A DNA stretch of 63,932 bases, counting the filler, from Nemertoderma westbladi (Eukaryota > Animalia > Xenacoelomorpha), in assembly GCA_032718475.1 (NCBI GenBank). It is 3 parts of 3 records of this genome, joined end to end, with 100 filler letters (N's around TTAATTAATTAA, not from the genome) between each part and the next. Parts side by side here need not be neighbours in the genome. Positions count along the whole stretch, not along the records: positions 1 to 18,563 come from JAUCBJ010002652.1; positions 18,664 to 49,078 come from JAUCBJ010005257.1; 1 more part is not named here. One strand, given 5' to 3'. A model generated the notes under the pieces. That model did no database searches, was not told the DNA's origin, and was given only the letters and a program-made list of their open reading frames with translations. How positions within the stretch are numbered: position 1 is the first letter of the stretch; the number at the start of each line of letters is the position of its first letter. Of this stretch, positions 13,167 through 26,043 are shown piece after piece. Position numbers and translations under genes: made by a program.

Positions 13167-13783
13167 GTCTCTATTATGGTGCTAATATCCTACTGATTCT
13201 CATCGCAACAGCGATTAACGTTATCGTATTGAACATATGCAAGATGGACTGCGCGATGCCCCGGTGGGTTCGGGTGGTATTCCTGCACTACTTCGCGACT
13301 CTAACTCTCTACCCAAAACGGGCGAAGATTCCGCCGAAACAGAGTCGACATCACGTAAACTCTTCCGGGCGATGGGGCGACTCGCCGATCGCTTCCGACT
13401 CGATTCGGTTGCGGAACTTCTCCGGCGCAAACCGCGGCAATTCCTTCGACATCCACGGCAATGTGACCACGTCCTCGGCGATAGACTCGAGTCCGTTGCT
13501 AGGTGACGATAACTTCTACCTTATACAGAACATGCTGGACCAGATTCTGATGCATTTAGAACGATTTAACGCTAAACAAGCAAAGAAAGAAGAGAAGGCA
13601 GAGATCATTTCTGAGTGGGTTGATGTAGCGATTATAACGAATCGCTTGTTATTGTTTGCCTTTACTGTATTCGCGATAGCAATGACCGCTACCGTATTTC
13701 TCGGTTTCCCTCGAGAGTTAATTAACAATCAACAATCTGTGGAATTTAAAGAAAGAGACTTTAATGACACTAATAGTTTATAA
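13167..13783 (+). CDS. Cys-loop (nAChR-type) receptor subunit, terminal exon: M3, intracellular loop, M4
   Basis: Acceptor ttattttag| in phase 1, compatible with both exon A and exon B; LYYGANILLILIATAINVIVLNI (M3), MPRWVRVVFL, and EWVDVAIITNRLLLFAF (M4) match nAChR architecture; stop at 13781-13783. The N-terminal exons were not found in this window. Confidence 0.9.
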
Positions 13784-15480
13784 AAAAAAGAGTAATAAGC
13801 TCGTCGATTGTCACACTCAATTTATTAAGCGCGTTATTTTTTTTAAATAAATGTCTCGAATTAATTAGAATATTACGTATTATTATATTAATTATTTATT
13901 AGTTCATTTTTAGATATATAGGTTTTATTGTGAAACTAGTTTGAATACAACTTGTGCAGCTAATTGTCTAAAAATTAAACAATCTTGAATGTTATATAAA
14001 CAAAGATTTCGATTATGAAAATCAGGAAATTAGAACCACTGGAGTCAATAGCACAGGTTACAGTTTCATTTTTGTGCTCCTCTCACCCCCAGGGGCGGAT
14101 CCAGACGCGGTGAAAAGGGGGGGGGGGGGGCAAGTGTTCCGCCCCATCACCCCCAGGGGCGTATCCAGACGGGGAGAACACCCCCCCCCCCCCCCCCCTA
14201 CTGCACAGTATAAAACAGGGATTTTGACTAATGAGAAAAATATTAATGAACAAGTTCATGTCTATTTAAAAATACTTATTCCGATGCCGGTTGCCATTGA
14301 TAGTTAACAGCACTATGGGTGATTTATGGAGAGGAATTATGAAATTTTTTACATTTTTGAAAAATATAGCTATTTTTCAATAACTAAAATTGGATACGCA
14401 AAGGTATTGCTTAGGGGGTCATAATAAGTAATTCACAACCGTGACTTGGGGTCATGTTATACTTTCGTAAAAATCAATAATATTAATAGCTAAGTATGTA
14501 GGAGCTACTGTATCTATTCAATACAAGAACAATATCGCATGTATTATGAGTAAGAAAATACATTGTGGGAAATGACATTATGATTCACCCTCGTGCTGAA
14601 CACTTTTATTATTATTACCTTAACAAAGATACAATCAATGAAAGATAATAATTAGCTACTACCTACAAACAATTATTGCTTGTAAAGTAGTAGAGTTCCT
14701 TTAGAGCATTTTTCATCAACTCGAAATTTAATGAAATAATGTACCACTTTATAATTTAATTGCAATATGGTAATGAACAGTAAATAAATTATAATCCGGT
14801 ACCAGTAGGCATCTACCTGTTTTTAATGTATATGCCTGTATGTATAGATATTACATTAAAATAATATTGATATTTGTTTATATTCGGGCGGTATATCATA
14901 AGCCACTCCTTTAGGGATTCGACCAACGGCCATTGACCATTGGACAGAAACCAAAAGGGACATTGATGAGGGACAATAAATAATAAATAGGCATAGAGGA
15001 CTAACATAATATGAAGTCTAACACGCTGTAAAATATTATAAACCAATTGAAACCATTTTAATTAATTTGAATTTGATTTAATCAGATACTTCTGATATAT
15101 CGTGCGCGCCGCGGCGCAGGGCGCCCCAATGCAATGTTACTGGTACCATGAATTCAATCCTGTATTTTTATTTTTAAGAATTTAAAGGCGGAATCGAATT
15201 ATCAAGATTTTCATCTCATTATTGTAGTGATACGAACTCGCCACACTAAATGGCTCGCCCCATACCAGCAGATACTCAGGGACTGCGGTAATGTAGGGAT
15301 GACTCACGATGAGTCATGGACGACGCCCTGACACAGACTCGGGATACTACCTACCGGCTACCGAGTGGACAGGACAGCAGTTAGGTCTAGTCAGGATACT
15401 CACTACCGGTCATAGGGCACACTGCAAGACAGACGGCCCAGCACTATTGTTTGTACTTAGTCTAAGTATATATTTCAGAT

Positions 15481-15713
15481 AGGGGGGGAAACTGGACGCA
15501 ATAAAAATTCATCACTCTCCAGGGGAAATTGGACGCAAGTAACAGCTGATTATTCTCAAAAATAAAACTGTAACCTGTTCTATTGTGTTTAGTTTATTGT
15601 TTTGGTTAAAATAACGTCCCATTGTAACCTGCTTCTTTCCCTAAATTGAGAATTTAACATTGAGGCGGGATATTAATTCGCCAAGGCGGGATTTGCGTCC
15701 AGTTTCCCCCCCT
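15481..15713. mobile_element. MITE-like element with 20-bp inverted termini
   Basis: aggggggaaactggacgca...tgcgtccagtttcccccct; related internal sequence (ggacgcaa, ctgtaacctg) recurs near 14040-14075, 32090-32350 and 34390-34530. Confidence 0.7.
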
Positions 15714-17061
15714 GTCTCACCTACCAAGTAGACTGGACAGCAGTAGTTACTGTCTGTATAGCTAGTCATATATATTTGATACAGACAGCCCAGCACTATT
15801 GTTTATACTTGCTCTGACAATATATATTTGATATTATTCCAGACGGCCCAGCACTATTGTTTGTACTTGGTCTGACTATATTATATTTGTTATTCCAGCT
15901 CTATCATATATATATTCGTGACCTCCATACCATTATTAGTTTCATATCAGCGATATTATTGCTAAGGTATTTAACTGAATATTATTAGTGAAATGCTCTG
16001 ATTTTATGACGACGAAAATGGTAGTAAGTTACGGGAAATCGTATCACGCACTCCAATCACGTGGATAATGAATAATTGCACGCAAATTTTCTGACACCCA
16101 CCCCGCAGAAACTTTATTTCCCGCAGAAACTTTATTTAATTATGATATATATGCATTAATGAATACCCCGCATCTCTGAATACAGTCTCTGTAATTATAT
16201 AGATTCTACATCAAGGGAATACATCAGTATTAATGTAAGAATTGTTTAAAAGTAAGTAATTTTCAAACGCTACTCCGTTTTAATCATATCGCTAAAATAA
16301 TCATAATCAGCTCTTATTTGCGTCCATTTTTCCCCAGAGATGAATTAATATCTATGTTTAACCATGCTAGTGATGTTTTATCATTTCTTCTATAACTGTA
16401 TTGAATATTATTATTAAATGAGTCCATAGAGCTCAATATATTAATCAATTGCTTGTCATGATTATAATAGGGTTTTATCTCGAATTATACAAGCGGCATT
16501 ATAAAATCTGCAAGTCTATTAGGAACTCTACAGCTTGAAGAGAGCCAGCCTACGCACGCATGAGACAGGACTGTTACGCCGCTATAAACCATGGCGTGGA
16601 TAGGAATTAATACGCATTAGTTGAGCATACCCCAGAGCAATCTGTAGGAACCAGATGGGCCTAATAATCGGGTATATATGATAAGTGGGCAAAAATATAT
16701 AAGAAATTGTCTTTGACAAGAATAAATAACTCGTATTAGAATCTTTTCTGCTGTAAATAATGTGCTGTGTATGTAACTCGTTCTCACAAGGTTGGGTTGT
16801 AGTTAAATCATATTTTAATATTAAAATAGTTCACTATTGTTGGAGTATATATATTTTCAGTTTATTAGTTCCAGTTATAAATCATATTATATTTTCACTT
16901 TTCGAGATTTTTTTCCTTACACACCAAATTTGTAAACATTATTCTTTCAGAATAATTTTTCTTTAGCACCATTGTATGGTTTTTCTCTTGTCTTAATTTT
17001 ATTCTAACGCACTATAATTATTTATTTTATTATTTTTGATATTTGTTAAAATATTTAAATA

Positions 17062-18015
17062 ATGTCATTCAATGAAAGTAACCTTCATCCACGGTTGTTT
17101 TGGAAGCTTATATATGTTATCAGTTTGGCATACTCACTGACACTGTTGTATATCTTATGGCAAGACATAGAGACAGTAAGGGCTTTGTTGTCACGTGTGG
17201 AGTTTACCGCAGACATAACTGAGAAAAACCATCAACATGGTTTCTTCACTGTAAATGATGGCGCTGATGACTGCAACAACGTAACTTGGCAACGAATTTT
17301 CGCGAATATCGATATTTTCGCGGTAAGTCACGCTGGTGGATGGTTGATCGTCGCACTATTCTTAAGAAATATTTACGTTTCCTTGACTTTGAGTGTAACT
17401 TGGGAAGTAACGGAAATAATATTTTCGCATCTGGTTCCAATATTCCCGGAATGTTGGTGGGATAAAGTTATATTTGATTGCCTTCTATGTAACGGGTGTG
17501 CTATTTATTTAGCCACATTTATTTCTCGCAAGCTTCACTTAACATCGTACGACTGGTCGAGAGTTGAAACTGCAAAACGCAAAGTGACGATATTTAACAT
17601 TCTCGGATTTTCATCACAATTGAAAGGACGTAGTTTAGAAATTATTTCGTTATTCCAGATATACGTGCTTTTGGAAACTTCCCAATTATGTATATGTATT
17701 TTACAAGTTGTTTTAGATTTTCCCGTAAACCACGGATTCCTTTTAGCTAGGTATATTCTCGTCATGTTAACGGGCGCCCCTGCAGCAGAAGGATTTTATC
17801 GCTATTACTCTGATAACAATTGCAAAAACATTGGCAAACAGGCGTCAGTTTTAATAACATTGCTTGCGCTAGAAATCGCAATATGCCTAAGACACGGACA
17901 CCATCTGTTTACGTTTTTTGATATAGGTTATGTAATTGTTTGGTTATCTATGCTGATGTGTGCCGCTTGTCTAACAGTCTACGCCACAAGCAGTAACATG
18001 CACGTAACATTTTAG
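17062..18015 (+). CDS. Phosphatidylserine synthase (PTDSS1-like base-exchange enzyme), divergent, single ORF, 317 aa
   Basis: Motifs HP..FW, DIFAVSHAGGW, TWEVTE and FPECWWDKVIFDCLLCNG align with PTDSS1 (DIFAFGHFWGW, TWELTE, NFAECWWDQVILDILLCNG); several hydrophobic segments; no introns within the ORF. Confidence 0.85.
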   Translation: MSFNESNLHPRLFWKLIYVISLAYSLTLLYILWQDIETVRALLSRVEFTADITEKNHQHGFFTVNDGADDCNNVTWQRIFANIDIFAVSHAGGWLIVALFLRNIYVSLTLSVTWEVTEIIFSHLVPIFPECWWDKVIFDCLLCNGCAIYLATFISRKLHLTSYDWSRVETAKRKVTIFNILGFSSQLKGRSLEIISLFQIYVLLETSQLCICILQVVLDFPVNHGFLLARYILVMLTGAPAAEGFYRYYSDNNCKNIGKQASVLITLLALEIAICLRHGHHLFTFFDIGYVIVWLSMLMCAACLTVYATSSNMHVTF

Positions 18016-18563
18016 TCGTAGGTATTAATAATTACAATTAGGTAGAGGTAGGTCAATGTTTATTTATGTTGTGTTCAGATTGTATACGAAATATTGTAAT
18101 ATTTCCGAAACTAAAGAAAAAGTATCTAACGCCTATAGGTGGTAGGGCCTACTAATGATAATTTTTCTTTGTCCAGACTATATTTATTAAAATGGTTGCC
18201 AGTCGTTCCCATTACAGCATAAGAAGAGACACCAGGAAAGGTATTGTTAAACCACTTCAGCTAAGGTATAAAGTACTACCAACAACGGGTGTGTTTGTGG
18301 GGGGAATTACAAAAGTAAACATATACTCAATAAAAATATTTATACACATATATACAACGTAAATAAATATATGTAACACATATATTAAACGTATATAAAA
18401 TATATGTAAATGTAACAGCCATGATGATTTCATTCCTGATATTATAAATTATGTTATGAAAATGTTGTGTTTTCGTCCAATATTTATCGGGAGAAAGAAA
18501 ATGAAAGTAAATGACCATTAAAATCCTGTCATAATAAATATCATATTGGTTTAATCGCATCAA

Positions 18564-18663
18564 NNNNNNNNNNNNNNNNNNNNNNNNNNNNNNNNNNNNN
18601 NNNNNNNTTAATTAATTAANNNNNNNNNNNNNNNNNNNNNNNNNNNNNNNNNNNNNNNNNNNN
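18564..18663. other. Assembly gap with synthetic TTAATTAATTAA linker
   Basis: 44 N + ttaattaattaa + 44 N = 100 bp; identical structure at 49079-49178. Confidence 0.97.
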
Positions 18664-20385
18664 CGCAGTCTTTTAGTTCTGTTGGCATTTCGAATCACTA
18701 ATTCGCAATACCTTGCGGGATTTGTTCCTTCCATTATCTAAAATAACGTTTTGATCGTGAGGATGTCGAAAAAAATGTACTAACAGTAAAGTAATATCAA
18801 TATCCCCAGAAGGAGAACGTATTAGTATTGGTGAATAGCCAAGTTTTAAAGCATCTTGAGTGTGTGTAGAATGATTTTAGTATCTGCCTCCTCCTGATTG
18901 CTTTGCAAGTACTCAACTTCGTTAACAGAATCTTTATCAATCTTACTACATGAACAGTACTTTGAAAATATATAAATTTACATTGGAGGTCATCAATTAT
19001 TCTCTCTTTGTTGGATACTACAGTATATGTTCTTGTATGATATCAATTTTATATTCAATATACAGTATAACTGTTCTAAAAATAATATCAGCTATTTTTT
19101 AACAGTTCAGCATAGCACTACATTTTTATAACATAAGTCACTGTTACCATGGCAACATTTTAGAGTTCTAGAACACAAAATATATAATATACACTATTCT
19201 AGAACATAAATAATATAAAAAATATAACGTTCTAGAATATATAGCTTGTTATTTTTCGAATTTAAAATAGCTACTATAAAGATATACAATTAATATAAAA
19301 AAAATTTGTTCTAGAACAAAATTGTTATATTAAATTAATACATAATATGTTCTAGAACATTAAAAGTAATATAAACTAGCTAGTATAACAAATTTGGGGG
19401 GGGGGGGGGGGTGTGCACAAAACACACTAGTACCACCATCCACGGTGGACGGCCTTCACATACGATCGCTGCGAATATAAGTATTAAATAGCTAACATTT
19501 TTAAGAACATCGGCGGTACATACTGTAAACTACTAACTCTTATTAAAAAAAACACAGGGGGCTGCTTTAAAACGACTTGATTGTGCCTGCGTGTTTAGTG
19601 TATACAGTCAGTCGCCTAGAAACTACACAACGCCAGGTAATACCATGTAAAGGGAGTGCCGTTCACAGAATAGTTAGTTACCTTAGTAACTGTAGTAAAT
19701 ATTTCCAAATGTCAGAGAGTATACTTTCTCTGAATATTCTCTGATTATCGTTTCCCCGATAATAATCGGGCTAATTGACTAGGAGGATTTAGTACTCATC
19801 CAAAATGAGTTGCATGGGTGAATGCAGAAATAATTAGCGCAAATTTTGATACATGTTTGAACTGTTAAACCAAAGTAGCTACATTTTATGGCAGTTAATG
19901 TAAATGTTGGTTTCTTAAAAAAAGTGAAAGTATTTTGTTCTCATGTAAATTTATCGCATTTAAAAAATAAAAGTGGCGATATATTTGTATTTAAATTAAT
20001 CGCCGGTCTTCCCTCTATAAGAAAAATGTTCATTTGAAAAAATTGATTGCATTTATATTCAACCAGAGGAGCCCAACATAGAGTTAGGTAGTGGGTCGGC
20101 TAGCTAGCTTGTTTTTGGCCTGTAATTCTAGAATGCAAATTAGCTATACCGATCACCAACTGTATTCTGACGTCTAACATGGTCCTCCATCCAAAAATAA
20201 TAGTCTCGTTAATTTACCGAAGGTATTGCGCTTAACGCCGCCAGAGCCCGTACTAAACAGGTTAAATATAGGATACCAAGAAAACCAAAAGAAAAAAAAT
20301 AATACACAATACAGTGAAAAACATTAATAATAATAGCACACACATTAATACCGGTCTAAAAGTTTATGTGTTGGACATGTGCTGG

Positions 20386-20645
20386 TCATATAGAGACTTG
20401 AAGCTGTCGACGGTCGTTCGTAGCACTCTTAATCTTGTCAGGTAATGAGTTCCAGTTACGGACACATCTGATACTATAAAACTTGTCGCGAATGTCTAGA
20501 TGAGGAGGAGGTTTAATGAAATTTAGATCGTGAGAGGCAAGTCGTGTGGTACGCTGGCTGATATCCTGCATCAAATTAAACCAGGTATTAGGAATACTGG
20601 CAGTCTTGTTATGAATAAACTTCCTCGAGAATAGTGATAAAAGTT
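20386..20645 (-). mobile_element. 3' remnant of a CR1/L2-type LINE
   Basis: RDKFYSIRCVRNWNSLPDKIK matches the C-terminal F..R....WN.LP motif of this group. Confidence 0.65.
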
Positions 20646-20663
20646 CGTAATCATGGCCTTTAA

Positions 20664-20867
20664 GGCCATGATACACCACAGGAGCGGCAGCGGCGAGCGG
20701 CCGCGACAAGCGGCCGCTTTTTAAAAATATAACACATTATTTTCTATGGGTGAATATGCACCACAAATGGCTGCTCTGCCGCTCGCCGCTCCTATAGTGT
20801 ATCATACTAAAAGTCGCCGCTCGCCGCGGCCGCCCGCCGCTCGCCGCTCCTGTGGTTTATCATGGCC
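20664..20867. mobile_element. Palindromic MITE (Harbinger-like termini)
   Basis: ggccatgatacaccacaggagcggc...gccgctcctgtggtttatcatggcc inverted termini with internal gccgctc subrepeats. Confidence 0.8.
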
Positions 20868-20879
20868 TTTGGCCTTAAA

Positions 20880-21045
20880 GATTGAAGCAAAAATAAAAAT
20901 TAAGTCTCACCCACGGAGGAGAAATTGACTGAAACTATATCTATTTCAAATTTAATCTCATAAAGATTATGTAGAAATTTTTTTTTTTTGGGGGGGGGGG
21001 GGGATCATGTACCAGAATAACGACACTATATTCCAGGACATGGTG
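20880..21045. mobile_element. Right-end fragment of the same MITE family as 46121-47048
   Basis: Ends in atgtaccagaataacgacactatattccaggacatggtg followed by TA, after a G run, as at 47010-47050. Confidence 0.8.
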
Positions 21046-22283
21046 TATTATTAAATTAATATTTTAATGATTTATAAATATATTAATTTAAATAATATTT
21101 AATGAATTAACTATACTAATGAAAAACGAATTTAAAATTTATTAGATAAAACATGACATTAACCTCCACAACCTTTTATCCTCAGCGGACAGTGGAGGAA
21201 GTGAAGGGTGTTGCATGGAATTCGGAGTTCATGAGAAGGATGGTATGATGTGACGTAGCGCGGCAAATTGTTATTATAAGGAACAACCGAAGGTTTATTG
21301 GTCAATCTTCGCAATAAAGATAGCCGTAAACTTTTAATAATAAATAAGATTGTTTGAAAATTATACTTACCGCTAAATACATGTGACAATTAATATTTAT
21401 TCTTAAATAAAAAACTTTCATAAATTGACAGCGCGCTGATTTTTAGACATAACATAATAACTGTATTCTAAACACCTTCATGTATATTGTGAAACAACTC
21501 GGCCAGTTGAGTTGAAGGAAATTCATAAAGCCAACCATATGCTTATTGTATTACAACCGTATGCTCCACATAGCTGCATGGCTCGCCCCAAATCACAAAA
21601 TGATTGAGATAACTTCATATAGTGAACATAACACTTTCATACACATCTAACAAGTATGAAATTATTATCACATGACATTAATTTATACAGAAAGAGAACA
21701 GACAACTCATGCAGCAGATGACATTGAAACGATAATAGAACATTTTATGTATGATAAAGTATCCCTCATGTACGTACATGGTAAGATGAACAATTGCAGT
21801 TCTCAAAAGGGAATCTCGAAAAATTCCGAGGAAAAATGTAATCCATAGATCCATGGAAAATAGTGTAAAGCAGAAGCTTAGCAAAAAATGGATGAGGTGG
21901 GAACTGGGATCGAACTAGGGACCTCCAGGTTGGAAATCTGATGCTTCAGCCATTCCGATAGTGTATGTGATATGTGAAAAGCGCAGGTTTGTGGGGCTGC
22001 TTACGATGTCTTAACATATTTATACTTCGCATGACGAGGTCTAAAGTTACTCTCTAGTTAATAACATAATTATATTTATATATACTGCTAAACCTAAGTA
22101 AATAATCTACAACAGTGAGAAACAGGGACAGATAATAAATGAAACGATAGAAATAGACTAACACGGTGGCCACAACAGCTAGATTAAATAAATTCCGTTA
22201 AATAAATTAAATAAACGAAATGAAACAGGGCGAAATAGTTTCTCCAACACAAAACCGTTTTATCCTACAACAGAGATGTACGT

Positions 22284-22425
22284 AGGTCAGTGACCTGTTC
22301 TGTGTCCTACGTGACACAAAATGCTCGTTACAGTGAGTCATGACGTCACGCACTACTTGAAGATAAGTCATCGGAATATTGTTCATTGAGTGATGACGTA
22401 ACGCTTCGTTCTTCCCATTGGTTGT
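22284..22425. promoter_or_regulatory. Cluster of transcription-factor consensus motifs
   Basis: Perfect IR1 AGGTCAgTGACCT (22284-22296), abutting TGAGTCA and TGACGTCA (22334-22348), TGACGTAA (22394-22401), reverse CCAAT (22417-22421). Function is inferred only. Confidence 0.45.
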
Positions 22426-22613
22426 CTCCTTTCAGTCCGTTTGATTCGACCGTTGCATTTAAAAACTATAATTTATATCAACTAACTTCGTTCCATCAAC
22501 TGTAAAAACAAATACAACGGCGAAAAGAAGAAGTTTATTGCAAAAAGTCAAAGGAAACCCCCAAAACATGATCAAAATAAATTTCTGTAAAACGACTCCG
22601 TTAAATCCAACCG

Positions 22614-23610
22614 CTAGGAACTGGGAAGATCTTCTACTCGGATGGTAGTGGCGTTGCTAGGGAGGTCAGCGTTACTAGGGGGGGCGGAGCTGCTAGGAGG
22701 GATAGCGATAGCGCCACCTGCTGGGAATCCGGACGGTAGCACTATAACTTGGGCGCTGGGGGCGATGGTGCCACCCTGGGCGAGGACAGCGGCAGTGGCG
22801 GCGGTCCAGGCCGCGCCACCGGGCTCCAATACCGCCGCCGCGTTAAGTGGCGCTGTAGTAATCTGCTGCTCGGTGGCGTTCACTGTTGGCGCCGCCGGGG
22901 CAGGGTGCGCCACAGCCGCCGGTGCTGTGCCACTGTCCACGAACCGCGGTATGTCCTCGGGCAGCGGCAGTGCGGCCGCCTCTCGCAGCGGGAGCGCGTA
23001 CTCCGGCAGCGGGTCCGTCTGGGACAGCGTAGACGTGACCATGACGTGATCCACCAGAGCCCAGCCACCCATGTTCTTCCGCCGCCGACCGGGCGACAAC
23101 TTCTGCCCGTGGAACGCGTGCAGATGGTGTTTGAGAGCGCTCTTAGAGCAAAGAATCTTCTCGCAGGTGGGACAACGACACGCGGAACGCTGCTTAAACA
23201 ACAGACGTTCCTCTTCCGTGCCGTGATCCTTAATCACATGATCCTTTAGTTGTTGCTGAACGCGATACGATTTATCGCAGACTTCGCACGAGAAGGGTCG
23301 CTCGCCACTGTGGATACGCAGGTGGCTTGTCATGTGACGCAGCTGCTCGCAACTGTAGTTACAGAAACCGCACTGGTGGTGCTTCTGTCCCTTGTGAGTC
23401 TCGAGATGGGTGAGCAATGAATATCGATCGGAGAACTGGGTGTCACAGAACTTACACTTCATTGGGACCACGGACGTGTGGAGTTTAAGGATGTGCTGCT
23501 TGAGGTCGGACTTCCGACCACAGGTTGTATCGCAGTACTCACACTGGTAACGCGGTTTATTCCCGGTGTGGCCCATTAAGTGCTGCTTCATGCTGCCATT
23601 CTGCGTGAAC
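22614..23610 (-). CDS. CTCF: CTCF coding exon 2 (second half of ZF6 through ZF11, Ala/Pro-rich tail)
   Basis: Acceptor tttgtttcag| ends at 23611; reads (R)[44 protein letters not shown] and so on, matching CTCF fingers; phase 2 agrees with exon 1; stop at 22614-22616. Confidence 0.93.
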
Positions 23611-24065
23611 CTGAAACAAACGAGTTACAGTTACAAAATGTATGACGTTGGAATATTCGGCGTACTCTTCGGTATTAAATTCTTCGCTAAGATAGAAGTT
23701 CCCCGGAGAAAGTAAGTAAGGGACGTCTTAATTTGTGACCAAAATAGATAATTACCTGGAAATAAACCTATAAAACTATGAAACAAAATAGAAAATATTA
23801 CTTAGAAAGGAGAAGTAAAAAAAATGTTCTGACGTGATGTGGATTGAGACGAGGTAACATAATGATTGGATTGGATCAAAAGGCGTAGCATCGCTGAGTT
23901 TCTCACTAATTTATGATCATTATGGTGACTATTGCAATTAAACAACTTTGTTTAAGTTTCGTATCTGATTCTCAATAATTAAACGTAAATGTTAACCACT
24001 GTGTACCCGGTATATAACTACCAACGCTGAGTTTATGCAGCTTGTGGAGTGGAAACAGTGTTGGT

Positions 24066-26043
24066 ACACCGGACACTGGTACGGTTTAACTTACCTCGCG
24101 TGACATACCGGACACTGGTACGGTTTAACTTACCTCGCGTGACACACCGGGCACTGGTGTACGGTTTAACTTACCTCGCGTGACACAACGAGCACTGGTG
24201 TACGGTTTAACTTACCTCGCATGACACACCCGACACTGGTACGGTTTAACTTAGCTCGCGTGACATACCGGACACTGGTACGGTTTAACTTACCTCGCGT
24301 GACATACCGGACACTGGTACGGTTTAACTTACCTCGCGTGACACAACGAGCACTGGTGTACGGTTTAACTTACCTCGCATGACACACCCGACACTGGTAC
24401 GGTTTAACTTACCTCGCGTGACACAACGAGCACTGGTGTACGGTTTAACTTACCTCGCATGACACACCCGACACTGGTACGGTTTAACTTACCTCACGTG
24501 ACACACCGGGCACTGGTGTACGGTTTAACTTACCTCGCGTGACACAACGAGCACTGGTGTACGGTTTAACTTACCTCGCGTGACACACCCGACACTGGTA
24601 CGGTTTAACTTACCTCGCGTGACACATCGGGCACTGGTGTACGGTTTAGCCTACCTCGCGTGACACACCGGGAACTGGTGTACGGTTTAACTTAACTCGC
24701 GTGACACACCGGGAAGTGGTGTACGGTTCAACTTAACTCGCGTGACACAACGAGCAGTGGTGTACGGTTCAACTTAACTCGCGTGACACACAGGGCAGTG
24801 GTGTACGGTTCAACTTAACTCGCGTGACACAACGAGCACTGGTGTACGGTTTAACTTAAAACTCGCGTGACATACCGGACACTGGTACGGTTTAACTTAC
24901 CTCGCGTGACACACCGGGCACTGGTGTACGGTTTAACTTAACTCGCGTGACACACCGGGCAGTGGTGTACGGTTTAACTTACCTCGCGTGACACACCCGA
25001 CACTGGTACGGTTTAACTTACCTCGCGTGACACAACGGGCACTGGTGTGCGGTTTAACTTAACTCGCGTGACATACCTAACACTGGTACGGTTTAACTTA
25101 CCTCGCGTGACACACCGGGCACTGGTGTACGGTTCAACTTAACTCGCGTGACACAACGGGCACTGGTGTACGGTTTAACTTAACTCGCGTGCCACACCCG
25201 AACCTGGTGTACGATTTAACCTACCTCGCGTGACACACCGGACACTAGTACGGTTTAACTTACCTCGCGTGACACACCGGACACTGGTACAGTTTAACTT
25301 AACTCTCGTGACACAACGGGCACTGGTGTACGGTTCAACTTAACTCGAGTGACACACACGACACTGGTACCATTTAACTTACCTCGCGTGACACGCCCGA
25401 CACTGGTACGGTTTAACTTACCTCGCGTGACACACCGGGCACTGTTGTACGGTTTAACTTAACTCGCGTGACTCACCCGACACTGGTGTACGATTTAACC
25501 TACCTCGCGTGACACACCGGACACTAGTACGATTTAACCTACCTCGCGTGACAACACTAGTACGGTTTAACTTACCCCGCGTGACACACCGGGCACTGGT
25601 GTACAGTTTAACTTAACTCTCGTGACACAACGGGCACTGGTGTACGGTTCAACTTAACTCGCGTGACACACCCGACACTGTTACCATTTAACTTACCTCG
25701 CGTGACACACCCGACACTGGTACGGTTTAACTTACCTCGCGTGACACACCGGGCACTGGTGTAAGGTTTAGCCTACCTCGCGTGACAAACTGGGCAACGG
25801 TGTACGATTTAACCTACCTCGCGTGACACACCCGACACTAGTATGGTTTAACTTACCTCGCGTGACACAACGAGCACTGGTGTACGGTTTAACTTTACTC
25901 GCGTGACACACCGGACACTGGTACGGTTTAACTTACCTCGCGTGATACACCGGACACTGGTACGGTTTAACTTACCTCGCGTGACACACCGGACACTGGT
26001 ACGGTTTAACTTACCTGGCCTGACACACAGGACACTGGTACGG
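24066..26043 (-). repeat. 39/41-bp tandem array, about 48-50 units, copying the CTCF exon 1 end plus splice donor
   Basis: Minus-strand unit gtaagttaaaccgtaccagtgtccggtgtgtcacgcgag; continuous with the real junction ...CCGTACCAGTGTCCTGTGTGTCAGGCCAG|GTAAGTT at 26015/26014. Confidence 0.95.

Noticed and set aside
18564-18663. TTAATTAATTAA palindrome between N runs (also 49079-49178)
   Set aside because: Synthetic all-frame-stop scaffolding linker. It also means adjacency across these gaps is not proven.
24066-26014. CRISPR-like appearance of regular 39-41 bp repeats (also 12240-12638 and 40173-44223)
   Set aside because: The units are contiguous with no unique spacers, there are no cas genes, and the context is a eukaryotic intron.
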